Below are positions 1 to 7,797 of a DNA stretch of 64,000 nucleotides, piece by piece. The stretch's first letter is position 1; each line of letters opens with the position of its first letter. The stretch spans positions 1-64,000 of IMG/VR virus record IMGVR_UViG_3300035703_000009, one strand, 5' to 3'. The notes under the pieces were generated by a model, which saw nothing but the letters and a program-made list of their open reading frames with translations, was not told where the DNA came from and made no database searches. The position numbers and the translations under genes are program-made.

Positions 1-13
1 GTTAGTGGTAATT

Positions 14-277
14 TTAATCTTTGTATCTACTCCATACCGCAGAACCATCAATACCATCTTTCCACATTCCTTCGTCATTTTCCTTAACAGTTTTGAAGAA
101 TTCTTTAACTAAATCCAACACTTCTTTTTTATCCATTTTTACACCTTCGTAATATACATCATCTCTTTGATTTCTGAAGAATTCTTCAAAACGATTAAAA
201 CTACCACTAACATCAGATATACGCAATTCTTTTTCTGCGTTTTCCGAAGTTTTGTCTTTATTATTTAAGTTTTCCAT
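14..277 (-). CDS. hypothetical cassette protein (87 aa)
   Basis: ORF starts inside the loop of attC-like site 1; its leader ends ...LRISDVSGS. Confidence 0.7.
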   Translation of the reverse strand: MENLNNKDKTSENAEKELRISDVSGSFNRFEEFFRNQRDDVYYEGVKMDKKEVLDLVKEFFKTVKENDEGMWKDGIDGSAVWSRYKD

Positions 278-328
278 ATCTATTTAATTTTGTGTTAGAA
301 CTGCGTATATCTACAACAGTTATAGGCA
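202..328. mobile_element. attC-like recombination site 1 (integron-type cassette boundary)
   Basis: TACCACTAAC (202-211) and GTTATAGGCA (319-328) cores flank a 16-bp inverted repeat, AGATATACGCAATTCT (215-230) / AGAACTGCGTATATCT (297-312), 15/16 match. 202-211 is the exact reverse complement of 1-10. Confidence 0.7.
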
Positions 329-520
329 ATGTCTGATGAAGTTCACAGAAAGTATCTCGTATGATGGAAATTTTCGTTTTGCTTTACCTATTGCTCCTTT
401 ATCCGTTTTGGCGAACACTACAATGTCATAATGGGCATAATCCCACCTCATTTTAACCAAGAAGGCACTGCCTATAACAGCAGGTTGCTTCAATGGCTTA
501 GTTTCGTTCTTTTTTGACAT
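320..520 (-). CDS. hypothetical cassette protein (66 aa)
   Basis: ORF starts inside the loop of attC-like site 2; its leader ends ...KQPAVIGS and its stop lies in the TAAC core. Confidence 0.65.
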   Translation of the reverse strand: MSKKNETKPLKQPAVIGSAFLVKMRWDYAHYDIVVFAKTDKGAIGKAKRKFPSYEILSVNFIRHCL

Positions 521-607
521 ATCTTCGTTTATTTAAAGGTTGTAATTCTAATTAAGTTTATCGGTTAAAGTCGCCACTAAAGCAACCTGCAAAACGTTAT
601 GTGTAAT
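469..607. mobile_element. attC-like recombination site 2
   Basis: TGCCTATAAC (469-478) and GTTATGTGTAAT (596-607) flank a perfect 11-bp inverted repeat, GCAGGTTGCTT (480-490) / AAGCAACCTGC (580-590). 469-478 is the exact reverse complement of 319-328. Confidence 0.7.
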
Positions 608-620
608 ACTATTATACTAA
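608..620 (-). promoter_or_regulatory. -10-like box (TAGTATAATAG) pointing into the cassette array
   Basis: ATTATA at 611-616 on +, between the upstream terminator and the first attC-like core. Confidence 0.55.
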
Positions 621-628
621 GTTAGATT

Positions 629-660
629 AAAAAATAAAAAAGGGATCCTAAGATCCCTTT
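629..660 (-). terminator. intrinsic terminator
   Basis: AAAGGGATC-CTAA-GATCCCTTT hairpin (639-660) followed by a T-run on the minus strand, downstream of 684..1442. Confidence 0.8.
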
Positions 661-683
661 AGAGCCTGAAATTAAAATGCGTG

Positions 684-1442
684 TTACTGTTTAGCACCGC
701 AGCTGGGACAGAACTTCCAGCTGGAATTTTTCATCCTGGTGCCGCAGTCGGTGCAATAGTTGCGAATGCTCTGCACTTCTGCTGGCTTGCTCGATTCTGG
801 CAGGATCTGCATCACGATCGATTTGCTAAACCATATAGAATAACTCGAAGAGTCCTGCACAAAGCTTTGGTCGGAGCTCTCGCCCTTTTCAGCTCTGCCG
901 GTCTCGATTGTGCTCTTGCTTTTCACCGAGTTAGTAGACATCAGGGTTCCTGAAGAGTTCGAGGTGGTCGTAAAGCTCCCACCAATTGACTGAGAAGTGC
1001 TTGAGTAATAGCAGTTTACCGTTGTTCCGCCGAATGGAGGAAAACCTGATCCGTTGTAAACGTAGCCAGTCGACCAGTTTGAGGATGGCACGATTTCGTC
1101 ATAGAACTCGATGAGTACCTTGCCGTTCTGCTCGATTGCCTTGGCGGCTTGGGTAGAGTTCTCGACATCATATGTCTCAAATAGGAACTTCTTGGCCTCA
1201 TCGATCCAACGCTCTAAGAAGACGCGTTGGCCTGGACGAAGCACGATCCCTGCAGTCGAGATGGCGACTCCATTCAAGTAGATCTTGGCTAGAACTTTTG
1301 TTTGTTTTGGGTTAAATAACTCGATCTCGAACTGGGTTCCGTTCTTAAGATAGATCGAAGTGCCGTATTGTTTTAGGCGATTGCGATTCACTGCAACGTG
1401 TGCAGTAGGTTCACCCGAACCTGTGGTTGTTGTTTGGTACAT
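684..1442 (-). CDS. conserved phage protein, beta-rich N-domain with C-terminal zinc ribbon
   Basis: 252-aa ORF; C-terminal CTDC...CPSC zinc ribbon; Ser/Thr-rich linker. Confidence 0.75.
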   Translation of the reverse strand: MYQTTTTGSGEPTAHVAVNRNRLKQYGTSIYLKNGTQFEIELFNPKQTKVLAKIYLNGVAISTAGIVLRPGQRVFLERWIDEAKKFLFETYDVENSTQAAKAIEQNGKVLIEFYDEIVPSSNWSTGYVYNGSGFPPFGGTTVNCYYSSTSQSIGGSFTTTSNSSGTLMSTNSVKSKSTIETGRAEKGESSDQSFVQDSSSYSIWFSKSIVMQILPESSKPAEVQSIRNYCTDCGTRMKNSSWKFCPSCGAKQ

Positions 1443-1467
1443 AGTTTACCTGATTATTTTTAATTTA

Positions 1468-1539
1468 AGCTAACGTCTTTGCGGCAGGTACCGCTCCAAA
1501 GCCACTGGGACTCGACGCCAACTAGAGTTTCAGGCTCTA
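1468..1539 (-). ncRNA. candidate structured 5' leader RNA (three-way junction)
   Basis: Minus strand: P1 AGUUGGCGUC/GACGUUAGCU, P2 GAGUC/GGCUU, P3 GCGG/CCGC, plus a 5' hairpin UAGAG/CUCUA. GC-rich stretch in an AT-rich intergenic region. Confidence 0.5.
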
Positions 1540-1624
1540 TTACTATATACTCTGTTAAACATCGTTGGTTTTGGAGCAATCAATTGCGTAACAAAAAATA
1601 AGGAAGCAATTAAAAGGCTTCTTT

Positions 1625-2353
1625 TCATGGTTTTGTCAGTTTTTGATGAGCATCGAGCTGTTTAACTAACTCGTTTATCCCAAAGTCAATAGGGCCGTAC
1701 TCTTCGTCTGAGCAGTCAAATACTACGCGATCGTCCACTAATTTTAGGCATGCACGACGGTTCCACTTCGATTCACCAAAATGGACCATGGTCACTACAC
1801 CACCTGAAGTCTCCTCCTTTTCTTGTAGGCCAGCTAAGATATTTTGCAAATCGCTAGTTGTTTTCCAGGACTCTTTAAAGTCAGGCTGCAATACTTTAAT
1901 TCTTTCAATCAGCTCAGCTTTGTAACCTTTTCTATAAACATACTGCTCAATTGCATCTGCTAGGTTCTGTAAGTATTGAGGAGCTGAAATATTGATACGT
2001 AGATCGTAATCGGACCATTTCGTCTTATAGTCCCACATCATGATGCCGTTAGTCAGTCTTTTTTCCAAGTTATGTAGGAATCGGTTGCGTACTCTAACGA
2101 TGGAGTTGTCGCTGCCAAATAGGTGTAAAAAACGAAGGAACCAACGAGGACACCACCAAGGTTTCGCAGCATGGTCCATTGCAACAACCAACGCCTTAAG
2201 CTCGCTCATCCCATCACCATATGGAACAGAGCCTAAATAATGATACTTCTCCCAAAAGTTCTTGGGGAAGAACACCGCTCTGATGTGATCAAGCTCAATA
2301 TCCATTGTGTGTACTGGGCCCACTTTTGCCTTTTTTCCTTTAAATATTTTCAT
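1625..2353 (-). CDS. hypothetical protein
   Basis: 242-aa ORF in a tightly packed minus-strand run. Confidence 0.7.
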   Translation of the reverse strand: MKIFKGKKAKVGPVHTMDIELDHIRAVFFPKNFWEKYHYLGSVPYGDGMSELKALVVAMDHAAKPWWCPRWFLRFLHLFGSDNSIVRVRNRFLHNLEKRLTNGIMMWDYKTKWSDYDLRINISAPQYLQNLADAIEQYVYRKGYKAELIERIKVLQPDFKESWKTTSDLQNILAGLQEKEETSGGVVTMVHFGESKWNRRACLKLVDDRVVFDCSDEEYGPIDFGINELVKQLDAHQKLTKP

Positions 2354-2356
2354 AAG

Positions 2357-2650
2357 TTATTCTTTATTTGCTAATTCAAATAAAACGTCTGCGTGACAGG
2401 CTTTTGGATGACACCAACACGCGAGTGTCTTACCCTTCAATTTAGGTAGGTGTTCCAGTAACCACTTGCCTTCGCCCTCAGTGATCCACTCACGATACTT
2501 TTCAACAGCTTCTTCTCTGGTCGCAACTATGTGCTTAGCGAGAGTCTTCTTATCGGCCAGGTGGGTGAACGGGTTCCCCCATTGGGTTGGGCGTCCAACA
2601 TAGACGTCGTAGGCTTCCTTTTTAATGTGTACTACTTTAGGATGATTCAT
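2357..2650 (-). CDS. DUF4326-family protein
   Basis: Motifs YDVYVGRPTQWGNPF and LACWCHPKACHADVL; start revised to MNHPKVVH at 2650. Confidence 0.85.
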   Translation of the reverse strand: MNHPKVVHIKKEAYDVYVGRPTQWGNPFTHLADKKTLAKHIVATREEAVEKYREWITEGEGKWLLEHLPKLKGKTLACWCHPKACHADVLFELANKE

Positions 2651-3086
2651 ACTTTTCTTTTTCGGCCGCATCAAGCAGGCCCTTACCAAATTTTTCTACT
2701 CGCTCAACATATCGAGTTTTCACCCGGTCTGAGATGGCAAGCGGCGTGCCCTCATCATCGATGCGAACGAAGGTGATGTTGGTGTGCACCACTACTGCCT
2801 GCTTACCAGTATAAACGTTGTGCTTGCGAACTTCTAAGTAAACTTTGATTGATGTAGTGCCGAACTTTACCACCTCGCCGTAGATCTTTAGGATGTTGCC
2901 GATCTTTACAGGTGTCTTGAACACCAGCTCATCGATCTTTAGGGTGACGATTCGCTGAGTATCACAGATCTGTGAAACGTAAGATGCAGCCGCATCATCG
3001 ACGATCGAAAGTATTGTGCCCCCAAACATATTGGAGTGGACTCCGATATCGCTGGCTTTGCAAATATATGTTGTGATTAGTTCCAT
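2637..3086 (-). CDS. hot-dog fold acyl-CoA thioesterase
   Basis: NMFGGTILSIVDDAA, VTLKIDELVFKTPV, GTTSIKV and ITFVRID motifs of YciA-type thioesterases. Confidence 0.85.
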   Translation of the reverse strand: MELITTYICKASDIGVHSNMFGGTILSIVDDAAASYVSQICDTQRIVTLKIDELVFKTPVKIGNILKIYGEVVKFGTTSIKVYLEVRKHNVYTGKQAVVVHTNITFVRIDDEGTPLAISDRVKTRYVERVEKFGKGLLDAAEKEKYESS

Positions 3087-3090
3087 ATAG

Positions 3091-3438
3091 TTATTTTTTG
3101 ACTACTTTAAAAAGTGCTTTTTCGATGTAGAAACCGTTATTGATGAAATACTTTAAACTATCGACGTTACAGTGCGCGTAAACGGTTTTTTGAACATCCT
3201 TTAATTTAGCATCTCGATAGTTCCATAACATTTTATAGATTCCTCGACTTCTATATTCTTCTTTTACAAATGCATGGCATAAATAAATCACTGTTTCTTG
3301 TTCAACATATGAGACTATTCCTACTAACTCTCCTTTTATGAAACATCCATAATAGGTGGCGATTGCATCAATCAAGTCAGGTTTGATTTCGCTAAATTCC
3401 TTTTTTACTTTAGAATAATCTACTTTTTTTATTTCCAT
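3091..3438 (-). CDS. GNAT-family acetyltransferase
   Basis: FVKEEYRSRGIY acetyl-CoA-binding motif; YFINNGF. Confidence 0.8.
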   Translation of the reverse strand: MEIKKVDYSKVKKEFSEIKPDLIDAIATYYGCFIKGELVGIVSYVEQETVIYLCHAFVKEEYRSRGIYKMLWNYRDAKLKDVQKTVYAHCNVDSLKYFINNGFYIEKALFKVVKK

Positions 3439-4094
3439 TAGCTTTGAATGTTTGAACCAAACGACTTGTCCTGCACAACTTGGTTAAAGGGTAGCACCAC
3501 TCTAATGTTATACTTACCGGATTGGTTATGGTTATAGCTCATGTGCTGTAGTACTTTCGCATAAAAGTTGTCGATCTCCATGCCGGACCGCGCTCCCATC
3601 TCCAAGATGTCGAGGTAAGTCGTCGACTTGAGAGCGTATGCGTGCGCACACACTATCTGATTACGAAAGAACGGCTCGACAAGGCCTCCAAAGTACAGCT
3701 GGTCCCAATCGTTAAGTATCGATTGATTGATAGTTAGCAGCTCATTAGGGTCTGTCAGGAATAGAGCATCGTCCTCTAAGATGAGGACTCTATCCCAACT
3801 CTTGCTCTTAGCCAGCTGCACGCACTTGAGGTGGCTCGCTCTACAGGAGAGGGATCCCAACCTGTACTTCATGTCGTGCTTGATAAAGTTACGATACTCG
3901 ACCTGGTCAGGTAGCTGAGTGAGCTCGACCGCTTCTACTCTCTCAAAGTTGGTGATGTTCCACTTCTTAAACTGCTGTAGCAGACTAGCCATGCGACTCG
4001 TCTCACTAGCTCGGTTAATGTAGAGAACTCGATCAAAGTAGGAGTCGATTGATGTTGCCCGATAGGTAAAGTCATGCATCATCTCCTGTTCCAA
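3438..4094 (-). CDS. GT25-like glycosyltransferase
   Basis: YINR...R start, SCRASH and LILEDDA motifs, AHAY. Confidence 0.8.
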   Translation of the reverse strand: MEQEMMHDFTYRATSIDSYFDRVLYINRASETSRMASLLQQFKKWNITNFERVEAVELTQLPDQVEYRNFIKHDMKYRLGSLSCRASHLKCVQLAKSKSWDRVLILEDDALFLTDPNELLTINQSILNDWDQLYFGGLVEPFFRNQIVCAHAYALKSTTYLDILEMGARSGMEIDNFYAKVLQHMSYNHNQSGKYNIRVVLPFNQVVQDKSFGSNIQS

Positions 4095-4291
4095 ACCACC
4101 TCACCATTTACTTTGACTTTCGTGATTCCCTTGCCGCGAGAGAGCAGAGCGTTGACGTATTTTCTGGGACTCTTGATCTTATCATAGACTCGAGAGTTTC
4201 CTTTTTCATAGATGACAGTCACAGTATCGCCGCCTGGTAAGAGGCTCAATTCGTTGATTCTGTGCTCGTCACTGACGTGTATTGTGCTCAT
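4079..4291 (-). CDS. hypothetical protein
   Basis: Overlaps its operon neighbours. Confidence 0.65.
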   Translation of the reverse strand: MSTIHVSDEHRINELSLLPGGDTVTVIYEKGNSRVYDKIKSPRKYVNALLSRGKGITKVKVNGEVVWNRR

Positions 4292-4632
4292 AGTTCAAAT
4301 TTTTTCTTTAGGAATTTATAGGAATTGGAATGACGAATTGGGTGCAACTCTTCAGTGAATTGGTCGATAAGTAAGATCAGAGAAGCTGTATGCGCATCAA
4401 TCAGGTCGACCTTCCTTTGGACAGTGACGTTTAGTCGTTCATCGATCTGCTCCTCAAGCTCTTCTTCGATCCATAGGTTGTCCTCAAGTTGGTGCTTGAA
4501 CTCGTCCATGTGCAAGTCCTCATAGACCCTGCGTGAGATGCCGTCCAGGATCAGCACTCTGGGCACGTGTGCGTACTGTTGTTCAGCGATGAGCGAGTCC
4601 TTTCCGGTGTATTTCCAACTTTTATACGGCAT
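4288..4632 (-). CDS. hypothetical protein
   Basis: Operonic 114-aa ORF. Confidence 0.65.
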   Translation of the reverse strand: MPYKSWKYTGKDSLIAEQQYAHVPRVLILDGISRRVYEDLHMDEFKHQLEDNLWIEEELEEQIDERLNVTVQRKVDLIDAHTASLILLIDQFTEELHPIRHSNSYKFLKKKFEL

Positions 4633-4634
4633 GT

Positions 4635-4904
4635 TTACTTTATTTGGATCATTGATACCGATTCTACTCCGCGATAGATCAAAAGGTTTAGCGTGTCGTT
4701 GACCTGCACTAGGTTTAGACCATGGTCAACTTCGTGAGTCAGCCTGGTAATTTCGATGCCCTTTAGGGTCACGGCGTTGGTGCGGCCGATCTCTTCCACT
4801 TGAGTCGGCAGTTTCTTTGATTTCATCTTAATAAAGTAGGAGATTCCGATCGATGTTAATATTGAGAAGATTAAGATTAAGATAAACGGTTTTAGGTTAT
4901 ACAT
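4635..4904 (-). CDS. hypothetical membrane-anchored protein
   Basis: N-terminal hydrophobic segment FILILIFSILTSIGISYFI. Confidence 0.65.
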   Translation of the reverse strand: MYNLKPFILILIFSILTSIGISYFIKMKSKKLPTQVEEIGRTNAVTLKGIEITRLTHEVDHGLNLVQVNDTLNLLIYRGVESVSMIQIK

Positions 4905-5427
4905 GGGCCTCTTGGGTTTTATTCTGGTGATTTAAGATCCTGTCTAAATGTTTCCACATCGCGCTGGCTTCGAGGTGTTCAGGTGTGAACAGGTTATCCC
5001 TAAAGTCCTGGTATTCTGAATAGTACATCTTCACGATGTCGTTGCCCATTCGTTGGCCGTGCTCGATGTTTGCGATGCGATCGGCTAGCTTCACGATGAT
5101 GGCTAACTCACCGCAAGCCCTAATCTTAGGATAGGTTTTGGCCTTGCGCTCCTTACGATTGCGACCTAGTTCGTCAGTGACTGCGAAGACTATCTCTGCC
5201 ACCCTGGTGCCAAAGGCTTGCTTGATCTTTGAATATGTTAGGTCGCCGTCCTCGATCGAGTCGTGCAACCAGCCGGCAATTAGGGCATCGCCGCTGTGAC
5301 CATACCGCTTAAGCACGTCGACCACATCGCGTAGGTGCTTTTCATATGGAAAAATATCGTATGTCTGGTTTCTGTGGGTCAACAGTGATACCATCTCAGC
5401 TTCGTGATATAGTTTTGCGTAATTCAT
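4897..5427 (-). CDS. HD-domain hydrolase, RelA/SpoT hydrolase (Mesh1/SAH)-like
   Basis: H.NQ..PY..H, AGWLHDSIED, FG.RVA.IV..VTD and VKLADRIAN motifs. Confidence 0.85.
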   Translation of the reverse strand: MNYAKLYHEAEMVSLLTHRNQTYDIFPYEKHLRDVVDVLKRYGHSGDALIAGWLHDSIEDGDLTYSKIKQAFGTRVAEIVFAVTDELGRNRKERKAKTYPKIRACGELAIIVKLADRIANIEHGQRMGNDIVKMYYSEYQDFRDNLFTPEHLEASAMWKHLDRILNHQNKTQEAHV

Positions 5428-5720
5428 AGTTTATCCTTTAGTTTAGAGTAGCTTTTTTCTATTTTTTCAATGAGACCTAAGTCAACTGTTATCTTTTTTA
5501 AGTCGCTGATCGGCATCGGAGCGTAACAACGTTTGGTTCCTCTTATTTTTCGATACTTAATTCCGAGGCGAGATGTCGTCCAGTGCTTTTTAAGCGAGTC
5601 AGTGTGGCCTAAGTTAAAAGCATCTTCACTACACAAGACCAGAAAACCGACTTGTAAATCCTTTGCCATGAGCAAGGAGTCGTCTATCCAAAGGTCTGTT
5701 AAAATGAGCTGATTGTTCAT
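5424..5720 (-). CDS. hypothetical protein
   Basis: 98-aa ORF with an upstream TAGTATCAT -10-like box. Confidence 0.55.
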   Translation of the reverse strand: MNNQLILTDLWIDDSLLMAKDLQVGFLVLCSEDAFNLGHTDSLKKHWTTSRLGIKYRKIRGTKRCYAPMPISDLKKITVDLGLIEKIEKSYSKLKDKL

Positions 5721-5761
5721 GTGTTTAATATATGATACTAAAAATAGAGACTAATTAAAAC

Positions 5762-5788
5762 AAAAAAGGAGCGATTGCTCGCTCCTTT
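5762..5788 (-). terminator. intrinsic terminator
   Basis: AAAGGAGCGA-TTGC-TCGCTCCTTT hairpin downstream of the SPFH gene. Confidence 0.8.
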
Positions 5789-5806
5789 GTAAAGATAACT
5801 CATTTA

Positions 5807-6988
5807 TTATTTTCTGTCCTCAAGCAACTTCACTCCAAGTAAGCTTTCCAATAGGTTGGCTTGACCGTTTCCGTTGCTGCCTGAAATGTAGGTATTAGGC
5901 AGAGTAACTTTAGATAGTTTTTCAGCAACTCCGACTTTCGTCTTGTACTCCCATTCAGCTTTCTCCTGTGGAGTAAGACCGGCCGCTACTAATTTTGCGT
6001 TCTGATAAGATTGAGCATCAGCTAAGATCTTAATTTTTTGGTTTTCCAACTCAGCTGCCTCTTTTTCAAGTTTAGCAACCTCTTTTCTAGTTTCAGCGGT
6101 AACTACCTGTTTAGTTTGATCTTGTTTTTGTTCATATTCTATCTCCACGAGAGCTTGTTCACCCTTTGCCTTGGCTGTGAGGGCCTGTTGTTGGGCAGTC
6201 ATCAATTCCTGCTTGGAAACGCTAGCCTTAGTCGATGCGGCAACTTTCTTTGAGATCATGTCGTCCACTTGCTTTTCATAATCAACATCAGTGACCTGAG
6301 CGTCAGCTACTGTGATATTGTATTCTTTGATTGAGGAAGTTTTACGTTTGTATGTGCCGTCTCCGTTCTTTTGGATCTCTGTCTTATACACTCGCTTGTC
6401 TTCTTTCTCGAGAGAGTCGAACACAAACTGCTCGCTGGTCATCAAGAGGAAGGATCCATTCTTTAACTGATCGATGAAGTCCTGGGCCATCTGTGCTCGA
6501 CCTCCGGAGTAGTGCATCTCTGAGCTCATCAGCTGGGCTGAAGACTGCAAGCACTCTTTGGTATAAGGAGAGAGGCGTTTGGTCACCAACGACTGCGGAG
6601 TACGATGCGTGTTGTGGATGAGTACCATGTCCTTCTCGTCATTCGGCAAGATGTACTGGGTGATACCTTTCACATTAGCAGTAGTCGCGTCTCCACCAAA
6701 TCGAATGTTAATCACTCCGATCTCGATTGAGTTGTCGTTAAGATCTAAGTCGGCTTCGTTTTGCTGGTACGAAACTGAGATTTGGTTTGGCCATGCGGTC
6801 TGCTTTGCAAAGAAACCTGCATAGTAGACACCGGACTCAAACTGAACGAATTGCTTTCCACTTAATTGCTGGACAACGGTACGTTCACCACCATCGTTCC
6901 AGGAGAATGGGTTGATTATCGAAACTACGATTAACCCTACGATTGCAAGACCGGCAATCACGGCATACTTGATTGGACTTTTTTCCAT
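5807..6988 (-). CDS. SPFH/band-7 (prohibitin/flotillin-like) membrane protein
   Basis: N-terminal TM helix, GERTVVQ, ITVADAQVTDVDY and an Ala/Glu-rich coiled-coil tail. Confidence 0.8.
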   Translation of the reverse strand: MEKSPIKYAVIAGLAIVGLIVVSIINPFSWNDGGERTVVQQLSGKQFVQFESGVYYAGFFAKQTAWPNQISVSYQQNEADLDLNDNSIEIGVINIRFGGDATTANVKGITQYILPNDEKDMVLIHNTHRTPQSLVTKRLSPYTKECLQSSAQLMSSEMHYSGGRAQMAQDFIDQLKNGSFLLMTSEQFVFDSLEKEDKRVYKTEIQKNGDGTYKRKTSSIKEYNITVADAQVTDVDYEKQVDDMISKKVAASTKASVSKQELMTAQQQALTAKAKGEQALVEIEYEQKQDQTKQVVTAETRKEVAKLEKEAAELENQKIKILADAQSYQNAKLVAAGLTPQEKAEWEYKTKVGVAEKLSKVTLPNTYISGSNGNGQANLLESLLGVKLLEDRK

Positions 6989-7007
6989 TTTATTGTTGTT
7001 TAATTGT

Positions 7008-7280
7008 TTACAGATGTGATATTTTGCTCTTTAGGTCTTGAGCACGAGTGAGCTGATTTTTATAGCTCTCAAGGCGTTGTTCTGCCTCGATGACGCCGTT
7101 TGCAGAGTCAGCTTCTGCCTCTTCAATACGCTTCTTCAGCGTCTCGATGATCTGATCGATGCTTGTAGTGTCTGCCTTTTGCTTTGCTGGTGCCAAGTAA
7201 AACTTAGCAATGTTCCAGATTGCCCAAAAGAAGAGTAGGCTAAAACCTACGATGATGAATGTTACTAATAGTTTAAACAT
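7008..7280 (-). CDS. small membrane protein with coiled coil (likely SPFH partner)
   Basis: N-terminal TM helix; lies directly upstream of the SPFH gene. Confidence 0.65.
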   Translation of the reverse strand: MFKLLVTFIIVGFSLLFFWAIWNIAKFYLAPAKQKADTTSIDQIIETLKKRIEEAEADSANGVIEAEQRLESYKNQLTRAQDLKSKISHL

Positions 7281-7291
7281 AGTTTGATTGG

Positions 7292-7717
7292 TTATACGGT
7301 GTGCTCAATTCTTACTCTAACGCAAGTCTGAGGTTTATGAAAATTCATGAAAAAGTTATTGATGTAGCCCATTATGTTAGCTGAGCCGATTGGATTTGCC
7401 GAGTGGGTGTATATTGTTGGAAAATATCCACGTTGGTGAGGGTGCCTGACCTCAAACCAGTGTTCAACTAGCCATTTAGCGCAGTCATATCCGGTCTTTT
7501 CCTTGATGTTGTCGTAATTGAGAGTGTAGTTAGGAGAGACGTTTGTGTAATATTCCTGCATCGCAGAATCTCCCAAGTCATGGTCTAACGAGATGGTCTC
7601 TATGTTGTCCAGCCCAAGTTCATTGACTTTAGCTACGAACTCATCGTAACTTCTCACCACTATCCACTCAGGATCGATGGGAGTCCTGACGTCATCTAAA
7701 TAGATTTTATGTTTCAT
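7292..7717 (-). CDS. cyclic-phosphate-processing receiver-like domain protein
   Basis: IYLDDVRTP, ISLDHDLG, TGYDCAKW and HSANPIG motifs; start revised to MKHKIYLDD at 7717. Confidence 0.8.
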   Translation of the reverse strand: MKHKIYLDDVRTPIDPEWIVVRSYDEFVAKVNELGLDNIETISLDHDLGDSAMQEYYTNVSPNYTLNYDNIKEKTGYDCAKWLVEHWFEVRHPHQRGYFPTIYTHSANPIGSANIMGYINNFFMNFHKPQTCVRVRIEHTV

Positions 7718-7773
7718 TGGAGCTATTATACTAACTTGAACTACTACTTTAAAATTTGTTTTGTGCAATGCGA

Positions 7774-7780
7774 ATAAATA
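7774..7780 (+). promoter_or_regulatory. late promoter ATAAATA
   Basis: T4-like late consensus, 18 nt before ATG 7798. Confidence 0.7.
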
Positions 7781-7797
7781 ACTAAAAAAGAAGCAAT

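Noticed and set aside
1468-1523. Hammerhead ribozyme
   Set aside because: A three-way junction is present but the CUGAUGA and GAAA core sequences are not.
1582-1612. Third attC-like core (TTGCGTAACA)
   Set aside because: No long inverted-repeat arm and no good complement to the 596-607 core.
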